This document shows positions 40,056-48,783 of a stretch of DNA of 64,000 nt, piece after piece. A program made the translations under genes and the position numbers. Positions within the stretch are counted from its first letter, which is position 1. Every line of letters begins with the position of its first letter. This DNA comes from a virus (Duplodnaviria; Caudoviricetes). The stretch spans positions 1 to 64,000 of IMG/VR virus record IMGVR_UViG_3300046710_000146, one strand, 5' to 3'. The notes beneath the pieces are model-generated. The model was not told where the DNA came from, did not search any database, and was given only the letters and a program-made list of their open reading frames with translations.

Positions 40056-40279
40056 TTGAAAGATTCTTCACTGAAAGATTCTTCACTGCGGTCATGCAGT
40101 ACATGATTGCTCGTATGCTCATGGGCGGCATGTACGTTAAGATGAAAGGTCGTTGGTATCCGTGCCACACACTGCGAGTGTTGGCTGATGGAACGCGAAG
40201 CTTCAAGCGTGATGACGCAGATGGTGGAGCATTCTACGACACATCCCCCGGAGTTGAGAACATCAAGGAGTACCTATGA
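40052..40279 (+). CDS. hypothetical protein (15-bp tandem duplication ERFFT x2)
   Basis: GGAG SD, ATGA overlap. Confidence 0.65.
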   Translation: MIERFFTERFFTAVMQYMIARMLMGGMYVKMKGRWYPCHTLRVLADGTRSFKRDDADGGAFYDTSPGVENIKEYL

Positions 40280-40545
40280 GCGATAAACTTGCAGCCGTCA
40301 TCACTGAACTGACAAAATCCAGGAACATGCAGAAGGGCGCATGGCAGCGCGTGATTGAGGCCAGCCGAGCATATGCACAGATGAAGGCGCATGGCTCGTA
40401 CATCGAGCGTGGATCCTTGATCTCCGTTTGCTTCAGCGATCGAGAACGCATGATCAAGCATTTTTCCGACAATCTGCTTGTTGAAGCAGAACGCGCGTTC
40501 ACTGAAGACGCGCTCATGGGCGCCGCGCTGGCCAATCAGACATGA
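40276..40545 (+). CDS. hypothetical protein
   Basis: AAGGAG SD. Confidence 0.7.
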   Translation: MSDKLAAVITELTKSRNMQKGAWQRVIEASRAYAQMKAHGSYIERGSLISVCFSDRERMIKHFSDNLLVEAERAFTEDALMGAALANQT

Positions 40546-40730
40546 ACTGGATTCAGTGCACCAAAGCCTCACTTGAGGCGCTAGAAGACGGCACGGTGTG
40601 TTGGGTGTTCAGTCGCGATACTAAAAGCGCGAGTGCCGCGGTGTTTCGCCAGGGTAAATGGCACTGTCATCATGCGGAGCACTTCACGGTGCCAGCCGTT
40701 TCACGTTATATTGTTCTTCCTTCGAAGTGA
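40542..40730 (+). CDS. hypothetical protein
   Basis: ATGA overlap. Confidence 0.6.
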   Translation: MNWIQCTKASLEALEDGTVCWVFSRDTKSASAAVFRQGKWHCHHAEHFTVPAVSRYIVLPSK

Positions 40731-40757
40731 TATAATGCGTCATCAACTGGAGATTCA

Positions 40758-42038
40758 ATGTCGCTTTTTAACATCCCCCGCCTAGAAAACTATCGCCGTC
40801 TTGGGTACAACGTGCTGATGTCGGGGCACGCTGGTGTCGGCAAAACCGCGGTGATCTCTGAGGTCTTCAAAGATCTGAAGTGGAAGTACTTCAGCGCATC
40901 GACGATGGATCCGTGGGTCGATCTCGTTGGGGTACCACGCGCGGTTTCTGATGAGAAACGTGGTGGTCAAGTTCTTGAACTTGTGCGACCGGAGTTCGTG
41001 AAAGCGGATGAGATCGAGGCGATCTTCATTGATGAACTGAACCGTGCGCCTGACAAGGTGTTGAACGCGCTCATGGAGCTCATTCAGTTCAAGTCAATCA
41101 ACGGGCAGAAGCTACACAACTTGAAGGTCATTTGGGCGGCAATCAACCCTGACGATGACGAAGGCGAGTACGCGGTGAACAAGCTTGACCGCGCGCTCAA
41201 GGATCGTTTCCAGGTGCACATTGCGATTCCGTACAAGCTTGATGAAGCGTACTTTGAAATGAAGTATCCCACGATCGGCCCGGCGTTCTGCACCTGGTGG
41301 AACGATCTGCCAGATGATTTGAAGAAGGAGGTCTCGCCGCGGCGGCTTGATTACGCCGCTGAAGCGTACATGAACGACTGCCATCTCGGTGATTTCCTAC
41401 CATCGCGCGCGAACATCTCTCAGCTCAAGCGATCAATCAAGGCGCTGCCATTCGCCGATCAGATGTCCGAGATCGAGACCGTTGCCGATGCAAAGCGCTT
41501 CCTCACCGACATCAATCATGCGACGAAGCTCCTGCAGCTCGTGACACACAAGAACCCAGAGGCAATCGCGTTCTTCGAGAAGTTCAAGAGCGTGATGCCG
41601 CAAGAGCTGGTCGACGCGATGACCCCAGCCGTCGAGGCCGCGGTTCGAGGGATTCGTGCCACCACGCTGAGTGATCTGCTCCCCTCCATTGACCGTGCTG
41701 GCAAGATTGGTGAAGTTGAGATCACGCATCTGTTCAACGAACCAGCGTTCGTGTATGCAACTGGATCGCTCCAGGAGGACGTCAATCGGCAAGTACGCGT
41801 GAACTCAAGCTCCTTCCGAAAGCTCGTCGCGCACATCATAGCGGTCATGACGAAATCATCTGAAGCAACGCTGAAAAAAGCGATGTTTAAACCTGATGGA
41901 GGTCGTGCGAATCTCGTCACGCTCGCGATGCATATCGCAATTGCTGACGCCACAATGCAGCACTTCACCAAGGAGGAGCGCAAGAAGATCAATGCGCATA
42001 CCTATCTCCTGAAGTGCGCCGCTTCGAAATGGATGTGA
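40758..42038 (+). CDS. MoxR-like AAA+ ATPase
   Basis: GHAGVGKT, DLVGVP, IFIDELNRA, WAAINP and LDRALKDRF; TATAAT 40731. Confidence 0.88.
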   Translation: MSLFNIPRLENYRRLGYNVLMSGHAGVGKTAVISEVFKDLKWKYFSASTMDPWVDLVGVPRAVSDEKRGGQVLELVRPEFVKADEIEAIFIDELNRAPDKVLNALMELIQFKSINGQKLHNLKVIWAAINPDDDEGEYAVNKLDRALKDRFQVHIAIPYKLDEAYFEMKYPTIGPAFCTWWNDLPDDLKKEVSPRRLDYAAEAYMNDCHLGDFLPSRANISQLKRSIKALPFADQMSEIETVADAKRFLTDINHATKLLQLVTHKNPEAIAFFEKFKSVMPQELVDAMTPAVEAAVRGIRATTLSDLLPSIDRAGKIGEVEITHLFNEPAFVYATGSLQEDVNRQVRVNSSSFRKLVAHIIAVMTKSSEATLKKAMFKPDGGRANLVTLAMHIAIADATMQHFTKEERKKINAHTYLLKCAASKWM

Positions 42039-42050
42039 TAGAATCTCATC

Positions 42051-43313
42051 ATGCGCACTGACCTAAACGATCCAAACGAGATCTCACTGATCCCTAAGGA
42101 GCTGAAGCTCCAGATCAGCTCAGATCTCGAGCAGTTCCATCGCGTATTCGACGTGTTCTGGGAGCTCTCTGAGATCTACTTCAGCCCACCATCGCGATCA
42201 CTGAAGACCGCCTGTGTGACCTTTCCACCAGGTGGAAAATCGCACATGATCATCTCCAAGCTCTTCTGGGATTCGCTGAACGCCGATGAGAAGCTCTTCG
42301 TGATCATCCACGAGTGCCTGCACGTGATGCTCGATCATGGGATGCGAAATGCTCGGAACATTCCTGGCGCAACACACAAGTTGATCAACATCGCGCAGGA
42401 CATCACGATCAACGAGATGATCGTCGACATGTTCGGCTTTGCACGTGGGTTGATGCGCGACTGGCGGAAATACTGTTGGATTGAAACGTGCTTCAAAGAC
42501 CCAGCGTCCATCGAACGCAATCAGGTCTTCGAGTACTACCTCAAGAAGCTGATTGAGAATCCACCACCAGAAGGCATGGACACCCTTGACGAGCACGATG
42601 ACATGGGTGGATACAGCGACGGTGATCCTGATCCACTGGCACAGGCGCTTGGCGAGCATCTGACGTGGGATGAGCTCCAAGCAATGATCAAGTCGATGGG
42701 CAAGGAAGATGGGCGTGGTATTGGGCTCTCGCCGTTCAACGTGATCCTCGAGAACCGCACGCCCGCGAATATCGACTTCAACAAGCTCGTCGCGAAGCTC
42801 AAGCGGAACGCGAAGTCTAAAGAGCACAGGGAGATCGACTCCTTCGCTCGTGAACCTCGTCGATTTGGTGGATCACGTATGATCCTGCCCGGTCGAATGG
42901 AGACTGAACCGCACAAGCAGAAGCTTATCACCGCGTTGTTCTTCGACGTGTCAGGTTCCTGCATGTCGTACTTCAACGTGTTCAACTCGGTTCGCCAAGC
43001 GTTCGAGAAGGAAGAGAAGCTGTTCGACATTCGAACCTTTGCGTTCGATACTCGCGTCTTCGAGGTCGAACCTGGCAAGAAGCTCGCGGTCGGTGGTGGA
43101 ACCTCGTTCGACATCATTGAGCGAAAGTGTCAAGACATTGTGACTGAGGATGGTCGGTATCCAGACTGTGTAGTGGTCATCACCGACGGCGCTGGTAATC
43201 GCGTCGCACCTCAGCACCCTGGTCGCTGGGTCTGGTTGTTGACGAACGGCGCGACCCGCACGTACGTGGACTCACGCTCACAGGCGTGGCCGATCAAGAA
43301 CGTTACTTTCTAG
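42051..43313 (+). CDS. HExxH metallopeptidase-vWA fusion (DUF2201-like), MoxR partner
   Basis: HECLH, NIAQD..IN, MIDAS DVSGS, GGGTSF and VITDG. Confidence 0.88.
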   Translation: MRTDLNDPNEISLIPKELKLQISSDLEQFHRVFDVFWELSEIYFSPPSRSLKTACVTFPPGGKSHMIISKLFWDSLNADEKLFVIIHECLHVMLDHGMRNARNIPGATHKLINIAQDITINEMIVDMFGFARGLMRDWRKYCWIETCFKDPASIERNQVFEYYLKKLIENPPPEGMDTLDEHDDMGGYSDGDPDPLAQALGEHLTWDELQAMIKSMGKEDGRGIGLSPFNVILENRTPANIDFNKLVAKLKRNAKSKEHREIDSFAREPRRFGGSRMILPGRMETEPHKQKLITALFFDVSGSCMSYFNVFNSVRQAFEKEEKLFDIRTFAFDTRVFEVEPGKKLAVGGGTSFDIIERKCQDIVTEDGRYPDCVVVITDGAGNRVAPQHPGRWVWLLTNGATRTYVDSRSQAWPIKNVTF

Positions 43314-43322
43314 GAGATCAAG

Positions 43323-43538
43323 ATGTCAATTGAAGTCGAACAAGAGAATATTGAAGAACTGAAGTTGTGGGGGATGGGCTTGCATCTGGTGCAAGAACAG
43401 TGCTACTTTTGCGGGCAACCGACAAGAACGTGGCACCTCCTATCAAACACCCCCGTGTGTACTGACTGCGCAGGAACTCACAATCGAGATGACATCACGC
43501 GAGTTGACATCGTGCGTGCACCTGTTACACTTCTCTAG
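43323..43538 (+). CDS. small zinc-finger protein
   Basis: CYFC...CTDC; AGGAG SD. Confidence 0.7.
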   Translation: MSIEVEQENIEELKLWGMGLHLVQEQCYFCGQPTRTWHLLSNTPVCTDCAGTHNRDDITRVDIVRAPVTLL

Positions 43539-43586
43539 AATCTGTTACAGATTCCTGCGATTTTCTGGTCATAATCAGGTTAGAAT
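43524..43586 (+). promoter_or_regulatory. GTTACA-repeat promoter
   Basis: GTTACA 43524 and 43544; TAGAAT 43581. Confidence 0.6.
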
Positions 43587-43615
43587 ACTCCTATCGAACA
43601 TCATCTGGAGAAACA

Positions 43616-44620
43616 ATGTCTAAGACCTGCACCGTGAAATTCAACAGCGGCCTATCGCGTTGGGAAGCCGTTTACAACAGCCGTGTCTTGGCCTCCTCGA
43701 AGGACGTCGCTGGCGGCCCTGAATACCTGAAGAAGGTTATTGAAGGTGGCTTCAGCCAGAAGGCGAAGAACTTCGGCGTCACGAAGTGCGAGGTCATTGG
43801 GAATGCAGACAATGGCCTGGTCGTGGCGAACACCGACGGCGGCGAAATCGAGACAGTGCCAGCCATGACGGTTGAGAGCGAGTTCCCAATCAATGAGCGG
43901 TTCCTGATTATGCAGGACTACACCGACATGGTCGCCAAACGCGAGCTCGCATCGGCCTTGGTCACTGGTGAAGGTGGTCTCGGTAAGACCTTCACGGTCA
44001 TGAAGACCCTCCGCGACTGCGGCGTCCAAGATGTCTCGAAGATGGAGATTGGCGCTCGCTTCGATGGTCAGAAAGGATACATCGTTGTGAAGGGTTACTC
44101 GACCGCCAAGGGTCTGTTCCGCACGCTTTACGAAAATCGGAATCAAATCATCGTGTTCGATGACTGCGACAACGTCCTGAAGGATCCGAACGCGGTGAAC
44201 ATCTTGAAGGCGGCGCTCGACAGCTACGACGTGCGCCTCGTGTCTTGGAACGCCGAAGGTTGGGGGAATGACGAAGATCTTCCCAAGGTCTTTGAGTTCA
44301 CCGGTGGAGTGATCTTCATCTCGAATCTGTCGAAGCACAAGGTGCCACAGGCAATTCGCAGCCGGGCAATGTGTGCCGATGTCTCGATGACCCGCGAGGA
44401 GGTTGTTGAGCGGATGCGGATGATCGTGAGCTCCCCCGAGTTCATGCCCGAGTTTGAAGATGAGCACAAGCTCGAGGCGCTCGAGTTCGTTGCCGAGAAT
44501 GCGAACAACCCAATGATCCCCGCGCTGAACCTGCGGTCCTTGGTGAACGTCGTGAAAGCTCGCGCTGCGAAGCCCGATCACTGGCGTCGTCTGGGTCTGT
44601 ACTCTATGGCGAACTCGTAG
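43616..44620 (+). CDS. AAA-type P-loop ATPase
   Basis: GEGGLGKT, IVFDDCD, VIFISN and AIRSR; GGAG SD. Confidence 0.85.
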   Translation: MSKTCTVKFNSGLSRWEAVYNSRVLASSKDVAGGPEYLKKVIEGGFSQKAKNFGVTKCEVIGNADNGLVVANTDGGEIETVPAMTVESEFPINERFLIMQDYTDMVAKRELASALVTGEGGLGKTFTVMKTLRDCGVQDVSKMEIGARFDGQKGYIVVKGYSTAKGLFRTLYENRNQIIVFDDCDNVLKDPNAVNILKAALDSYDVRLVSWNAEGWGNDEDLPKVFEFTGGVIFISNLSKHKVPQAIRSRAMCADVSMTREEVVERMRMIVSSPEFMPEFEDEHKLEALEFVAENANNPMIPALNLRSLVNVVKARAAKPDHWRRLGLYSMANS

Positions 44621-44628
44621 CACACCTT

Positions 44629-44652
44629 CCGGCGACACGACGTTGTCGCCGG
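44629..44652. other. GC-rich intergenic stem-loop without a U-tract
   Basis: CCGGCGACA-N6-TGTCGCCGG. Confidence 0.6.
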
Positions 44653-44683
44653 TTGCACCGAACTTCTTGACTTAAGGAACCAT

Positions 44684-45085
44684 ATGATGGACTACACGAA
44701 ATACACGAACGCCCTTCCGTACCTAGTGAAGGCGAATTTCCAGACCAAGTTCTGGTATCAGGCTGGCGTCACGGTCGCGAAGCGTGGACCTGATGGCGAT
44801 CTTATTATTCTCGTTCCCGGGTTTAGCCCCACTGACATTGAGAAGGTCAAGACCACCGAGACCACCATCGACGAAGCCGAATACAAGCGCGTACAGATCG
44901 CATACCGCCTTCATGAGCAGACGCTGCGAGAGCTCTTCAAAGCCGATCTGTTCAGAGAGCTTGGTATCGAGGAGAACCCCAAGCGTGAAAAGCTGTTCGC
45001 AAAGGCCTGGGAAGATGGCCACTCGTCCGGCCTTGCCGAAGTCGAGAACTGCGCCTGGAACCTCGTTGACCTGATTAAGGACTGA
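44684..45085 (+). CDS. hypothetical protein
   Basis: AAGGA SD. Confidence 0.75.
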   Translation: MMDYTKYTNALPYLVKANFQTKFWYQAGVTVAKRGPDGDLIILVPGFSPTDIEKVKTTETTIDEAEYKRVQIAYRLHEQTLRELFKADLFRELGIEENPKREKLFAKAWEDGHSSGLAEVENCAWNLVDLIKD

Positions 45086-45087
45086 TC

Positions 45088-45519
45088 ATGCTTAAACTTC
45101 CTCCTGGCAAATACTACATTGGCGATCCCTGCTACGTCTTCAACGACGACACCTGGCAACGTTTGCTAGATGGCGCTCCCTTCGAGGGTGCTATCGTTGA
45201 ATTCGACGGTCGACAGCTCTGGGGCCAATCAACTGCCCATGGCGACGGGGTGTACCTCGATCAAGATGGGAACGAGTTCGGCGTCGACAGTGGGGTGCTA
45301 GCAGCGATCCCAATCGAGCTTGTTGACAACCCAGCTGGCGAAGAGGAGGGCGTGATCATTGATGCGCCGAATGGACTTGTTGTTGAACATGATGCTGGCA
45401 CCTTTTGGCTTGGGGAGCACTGCATCACGACCGATGATGTCCAAGATAGCTTCCCCACTGATGCCCTTGATGATCTTGATGGCGGGTATGATGGTGATCT
45501 GAGCTCGGAGTTCCGCTGA
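45088..45519 (+). CDS. acidic hypothetical protein (IGDPCY, TAHGDG.Y, GVDSG motifs)
   Basis: AAGGA SD. Confidence 0.75.
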   Translation: MLKLPPGKYYIGDPCYVFNDDTWQRLLDGAPFEGAIVEFDGRQLWGQSTAHGDGVYLDQDGNEFGVDSGVLAAIPIELVDNPAGEEEGVIIDAPNGLVVEHDAGTFWLGEHCITTDDVQDSFPTDALDDLDGGYDGDLSSEFR

Positions 45520-45544
45520 CCACGCGAATGGGGTAAATAGCTCC

Positions 45545-45970
45545 ATGAAAACGGAGCTACCCTTGTCAGATCAAAACAAAAAGCTGCTCGCAAGAGCGCT
45601 CGATTCTGCTGTCCTCTTAGACCAACAGCTGAACCTCCTGTTGGACGCGTACGACTTCTATTCGGACCGATATGGTATCTCTCACCCAGTGCAAATGAAG
45701 GACCTACAGGTGTCGATCAAGGCCCTGGGCACTATCCCACGCCTGATCGCGCTGAATCTCGTAGCATGGCGAACAGGTGTCATGCCTGATTTAAGCCGCG
45801 AAGGTTTTGAGCTGAACGTGCTGAACGAACTCGTTCTGCATATGAACACCCTGTACCGGGCGTTCACCACCGAGAAGATTGATCTTGGGATCTTCAGCAC
45901 ACAGCTTGTATCTGACTGCATGCGCGATATCAAGATCGCAAATGATACGTTCAGCGCCGCGCCTGTGTAG
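45545..45970 (+). CDS. late hypothetical protein
   Basis: TAAATA-N5-ATG; the ATG sits in the loop of a TAGCTCC/GGAGCTA stem. Confidence 0.7.
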   Translation: MKTELPLSDQNKKLLARALDSAVLLDQQLNLLLDAYDFYSDRYGISHPVQMKDLQVSIKALGTIPRLIALNLVAWRTGVMPDLSREGFELNVLNELVLHMNTLYRAFTTEKIDLGIFSTQLVSDCMRDIKIANDTFSAAPV

Positions 45971-46062
45971 TCCCTTTGTTCAGGTTCAATGCCCTGTTCT
46001 CCGAGCTAAAATAGAAGGTCGCCGATGAGGTGACACCCTTCAACTACTCGGAGAACGAGACC

Positions 46063-46896
46063 ATGAGCACATCTGATAAGACCACGCTTGGCGACCGCAT
46101 GAAGTCGTACGAGCAACCCAGCACCTCCCGCAAGGCCTTCAAGGGGCAGCCCCTGATTGTTCGCCTTGATGGCAAGAACTTCCACACCTTTACCCGTGGG
46201 CTAAAGCGCCCGTATGATGAACGGTTATCAGCCTTGATGCTCGAGGTCACGATGGCCCTCGTTGATCGCTTCCAAGCGGTGATTGGGTACACACAGTCTG
46301 ATGAGATCACGCTCGTGTGGCACAGCGGCACATCTGCCACTGCTGAGTACCCATTTGACGGGCGTTTCCAGAAGCTAGACTCACTGCTCGCTGGATTTGC
46401 AAGTGCATACTTTAGTCATCGCCTTCCGGAGTTCCTGCCCGAGAAGACCCCATTCGGTCGGTTCGATGAGCGTGAATTCGTTTCACCCCCAACCTTTGAT
46501 GCCCGAAGCTTTGTGGTGCCAAGCTTGCTCGAGGCATATCACTGCTTTCTATGGCGGCAACAAGACTGCGTGAAGAACGCGATCAGCATGGCAGCACAGT
46601 CAATGTTCCCGCACAAGGAGCTGCAGGGGCTGCATGGCCCTGAGATGCAGGAGCTGATGTTCTCGAAGTTCGGTGTGAACTTCAACGACTATCCAGCGTT
46701 CTTCAAGCGTGGGCAGTTCGCGCGTCGCGTGAAGACACTTCGTACTCTCACTGAGCAAGAGCTCGATCGTATCCCGCCAGTGTATCACCCAACCGGGCCA
46801 GTTGAGCGGTCATTCGTGACAGCTGTCGACATCTGGCTCTCAAAACAAGAGGACCCAGTGGGGGTGCTCTTCCAAGAAAAGGAACCAATATGTTAA
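46063..46896 (+). CDS. tRNA(His) guanylyltransferase Thg1-like (3'-5' polymerase)
   Basis: RMKSYE, VRLDGKNFH, YTQSDEI, FDGR, FDAR, WRQQDC..N and FKRG. Confidence 0.92.
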   Translation: MSTSDKTTLGDRMKSYEQPSTSRKAFKGQPLIVRLDGKNFHTFTRGLKRPYDERLSALMLEVTMALVDRFQAVIGYTQSDEITLVWHSGTSATAEYPFDGRFQKLDSLLAGFASAYFSHRLPEFLPEKTPFGRFDEREFVSPPTFDARSFVVPSLLEAYHCFLWRQQDCVKNAISMAAQSMFPHKELQGLHGPEMQELMFSKFGVNFNDYPAFFKRGQFARRVKTLRTLTEQELDRIPPVYHPTGPVERSFVTAVDIWLSKQEDPVGVLFQEKEPIC

Positions 46897-47105
46897 GCTC
46901 ATGTGCAAAGTTATCGCAGTTTGAAGAGAACGTCTTGAACGCGTGGGGTGAAACGCCTGCAGTCAAGAAGCTTCTCAAGAACGAAGGGAAGTTCGCGCTT
47001 GTTTTCGGATGGGACTCTGGGGTTGGAATGTCAATTCTAGCCACTGTGAAAGACAAAGCCGGGAACATCCTGTCAAAGGATATTACAGATTACAACTCTT
47101 GGTGA
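46890..47105 (+). CDS. hypothetical protein
   Basis: AAGGA SD. Confidence 0.65.
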   Translation: MLSSCAKLSQFEENVLNAWGETPAVKKLLKNEGKFALVFGWDSGVGMSILATVKDKAGNILSKDITDYNSW

Positions 47106-47161
47106 TCGTTACAAAGTTTTGTGTTATGATCTGCTCATGAATCCTAGCCATGGAGACCATC

Positions 47162-47269
47162 ATGAACCGTGTTCTAGCTGCATTTCGAATTGCTGAACTC
47201 TCAATTGAGCTGGTGATCATTGACGTCCGGCTGGCCCTGAACGCCGTGCATTACTGGATTGTTACCTGA
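47162..47269 (+). CDS. 35-aa hydrophobic peptide with its own promoter
   Basis: ATTACA 47089, GTTACA 47108, TATGAT 47125, GGAG SD; MNRVLAAFRIAELSIELVIIDVRLALNAVHYWIVT. Confidence 0.55.
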   Translation: MNRVLAAFRIAELSIELVIIDVRLALNAVHYWIVT

Positions 47270-47282
47270 AGTGCATACTAAA

Positions 47283-47304
47283 AGAGGGACCCTAGGGTCC
47301 CTCT
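47283..47304. terminator. perfect 22-bp palindrome between convergent genes
   Basis: AGAGGGACCCTAGGGTCCCTCT. Confidence 0.75.
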
Positions 47305-47321
47305 CTTCTGGTGTACTGACG

Positions 47322-47708
47322 CTAGTCAGCCATACCTAGATTGCGGCGCACATGCGCGGCGTTTGCGTCACGAGCCTTGTCCATCCTTGCATTGATTCTA
47401 CGATCGTCGGGGCTAAGTGCAGATTCTAGATCATCATGCGAGACAACACCCTTTTGCTGGGGTTTTGTTCCAGCGGCAAAGGCTGCTAATGCAGCATCGA
47501 GTTCCTTCGCCTTTGTGGTCTTCAGCTTCTGGAGCTTCTGACGCTCAGCATTGATCTTCAACAGTGCGGCTTTCTTCTTGGCTGGATTGTCCCCAATGCT
47601 CTTGAGCCACCCGAAACCAGGCATGTCAGACAGGCCTTCTTGAATTTTGTTGAACTCTTCATCTGTCATCTGCACAGCGGCGTCGAATTCTTTGAACGTG
47701 ATAGACAT
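47322..47708 (-). CDS. late basic protein, candidate internal head protein
   Basis: GCTAAATA at 47740-47733, GAGG SD; N-terminal MSITFKEF...IQE. Confidence 0.7.
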   Translation of the reverse strand: MSITFKEFDAAVQMTDEEFNKIQEGLSDMPGFGWLKSIGDNPAKKKAALLKINAERQKLQKLKTTKAKELDAALAAFAAGTKPQQKGVVSHDDLESALSPDDRRINARMDKARDANAAHVRRNLGMAD

Positions 47709-47824
47709 AATCTCAATCCTCAAATGTGATTCTATTTAGCCAGTTCCAGCGTCGTCCCAATATCCGGTTGCCTTTGGGGGCCCGCTCGTTACAATTAGAG
47801 CATGACATATCGAGATCTAAGACT

Positions 47825-48148
47825 ATGAGAAATTTCGTCCTAGTGACAGCAACCCGCTCAACCGGGCCGGTTACGGTGGGAAGTGGGATACGAAAGCTAA
47901 AGCGTGGCATGCAGCTTCGCGATTTCGTCTCTACCTACATTCGTGAAGAGGCCAAGCTTGATTTGCGCCAAGTGTATGACCGCGATGATACGATCACCGT
48001 GGTGACGACGATCGACGGGGCCTCATGTTCTTGGAGCTTCACTGTGTTTCCCGAAGATGAGCTGCTGACGGCAGTTTCGCATCTGTCGAAGGAAGAGCTT
48101 CTCCGCGATCTGAAGGAGCTCCTGCCGCTGAGGACGGAGCTCCAATGA
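47825..48148 (+). CDS. hypothetical protein
   Basis: ATG 47825 overlaps the stop of an 8-codon uORF at 47802-47828. Confidence 0.65.
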   Translation: MRNFVLVTATRSTGPVTVGSGIRKLKRGMQLRDFVSTYIREEAKLDLRQVYDRDDTITVVTTIDGASCSWSFTVFPEDELLTAVSHLSKEELLRDLKELLPLRTELQ

Positions 48149-48783
48149 AGATCATCGGCCTATCAGGCGCTCAAGGCGCCGGTAAAAGTACACTGCTAAC
48201 CGAATTGGTTTCCAGAGGCTGGAAGGTGGACACGTTCCGCGTATCCCGCGCGGTGCAAGCGGAGCTTGGTTGGGGCACCCTTGAGCGCGTCATGGAATCA
48301 CCAGAAACTATGATTGAGTTCCAGACTGAGGTGTTCAATCAGAAGTACAAGCATGATCTATCATTGCGGAATCAATCAACTGATGACATGATTCTGACTG
48401 AACGCACCTTTGCTGACATCGTGGCTTACACCGCGCAGTGGGCATGGCGCTTTGTTGATCAAGGAAAGATGGAGCTTTCTGCAGCCACGGAATTTGTGAC
48501 TGGCTTCACAGTGCGGTGTGTGCACGCTCAGTATGAAATTTATACGGGAACAATTCTTCTTCCGTATATGGAGCACGTGATCTGGGAAGACGACGCCAAT
48601 CGAGCGAAGCGCTCAGATGTGGATTCGGTGTTCGCAAATATTGAACGGTTCCTAGATATTTGTCGGCCAATCACACACCGATTAGATATTTGTCGGCCAA
48701 TCACACACCGATGTATGAAGATCTGCGGTAAAACCGTTCACGAACGAGCCGATGAGGTTCAAACTTTTTTGGAGACACTATAA
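48145..48783 (+). CDS. P-loop nucleoside/nucleotide kinase-like protein
   Basis: GAQGAGKST and LTERTFAD; contains a 30-bp tandem duplication. Confidence 0.75.
   Translation: MKIIGLSGAQGAGKSTLLTELVSRGWKVDTFRVSRAVQAELGWGTLERVMESPETMIEFQTEVFNQKYKHDLSLRNQSTDDMILTERTFADIVAYTAQWAWRFVDQGKMELSAATEFVTGFTVRCVHAQYEIYTGTILLPYMEHVIWEDDANRAKRSDVDSVFANIERFLDICRPITHRLDICRPITHRCMKICGKTVHERADEVQTFLETL
48653..48712 (+). repeat. perfect 30-bp tandem duplication (LDICRPITHR x2)
   Basis: TAGATATTTGTCGGCCAATCACACACCGAT x2. Confidence 0.95.

Noticed and set aside
43652-44638. 328-aa antisense ORF (likewise 858-1748, 42198-42827, 52872-53504)
   Set aside because: Mirrors real + strand genes in register; explained by codon bias, with no SD, promoter or motifs.
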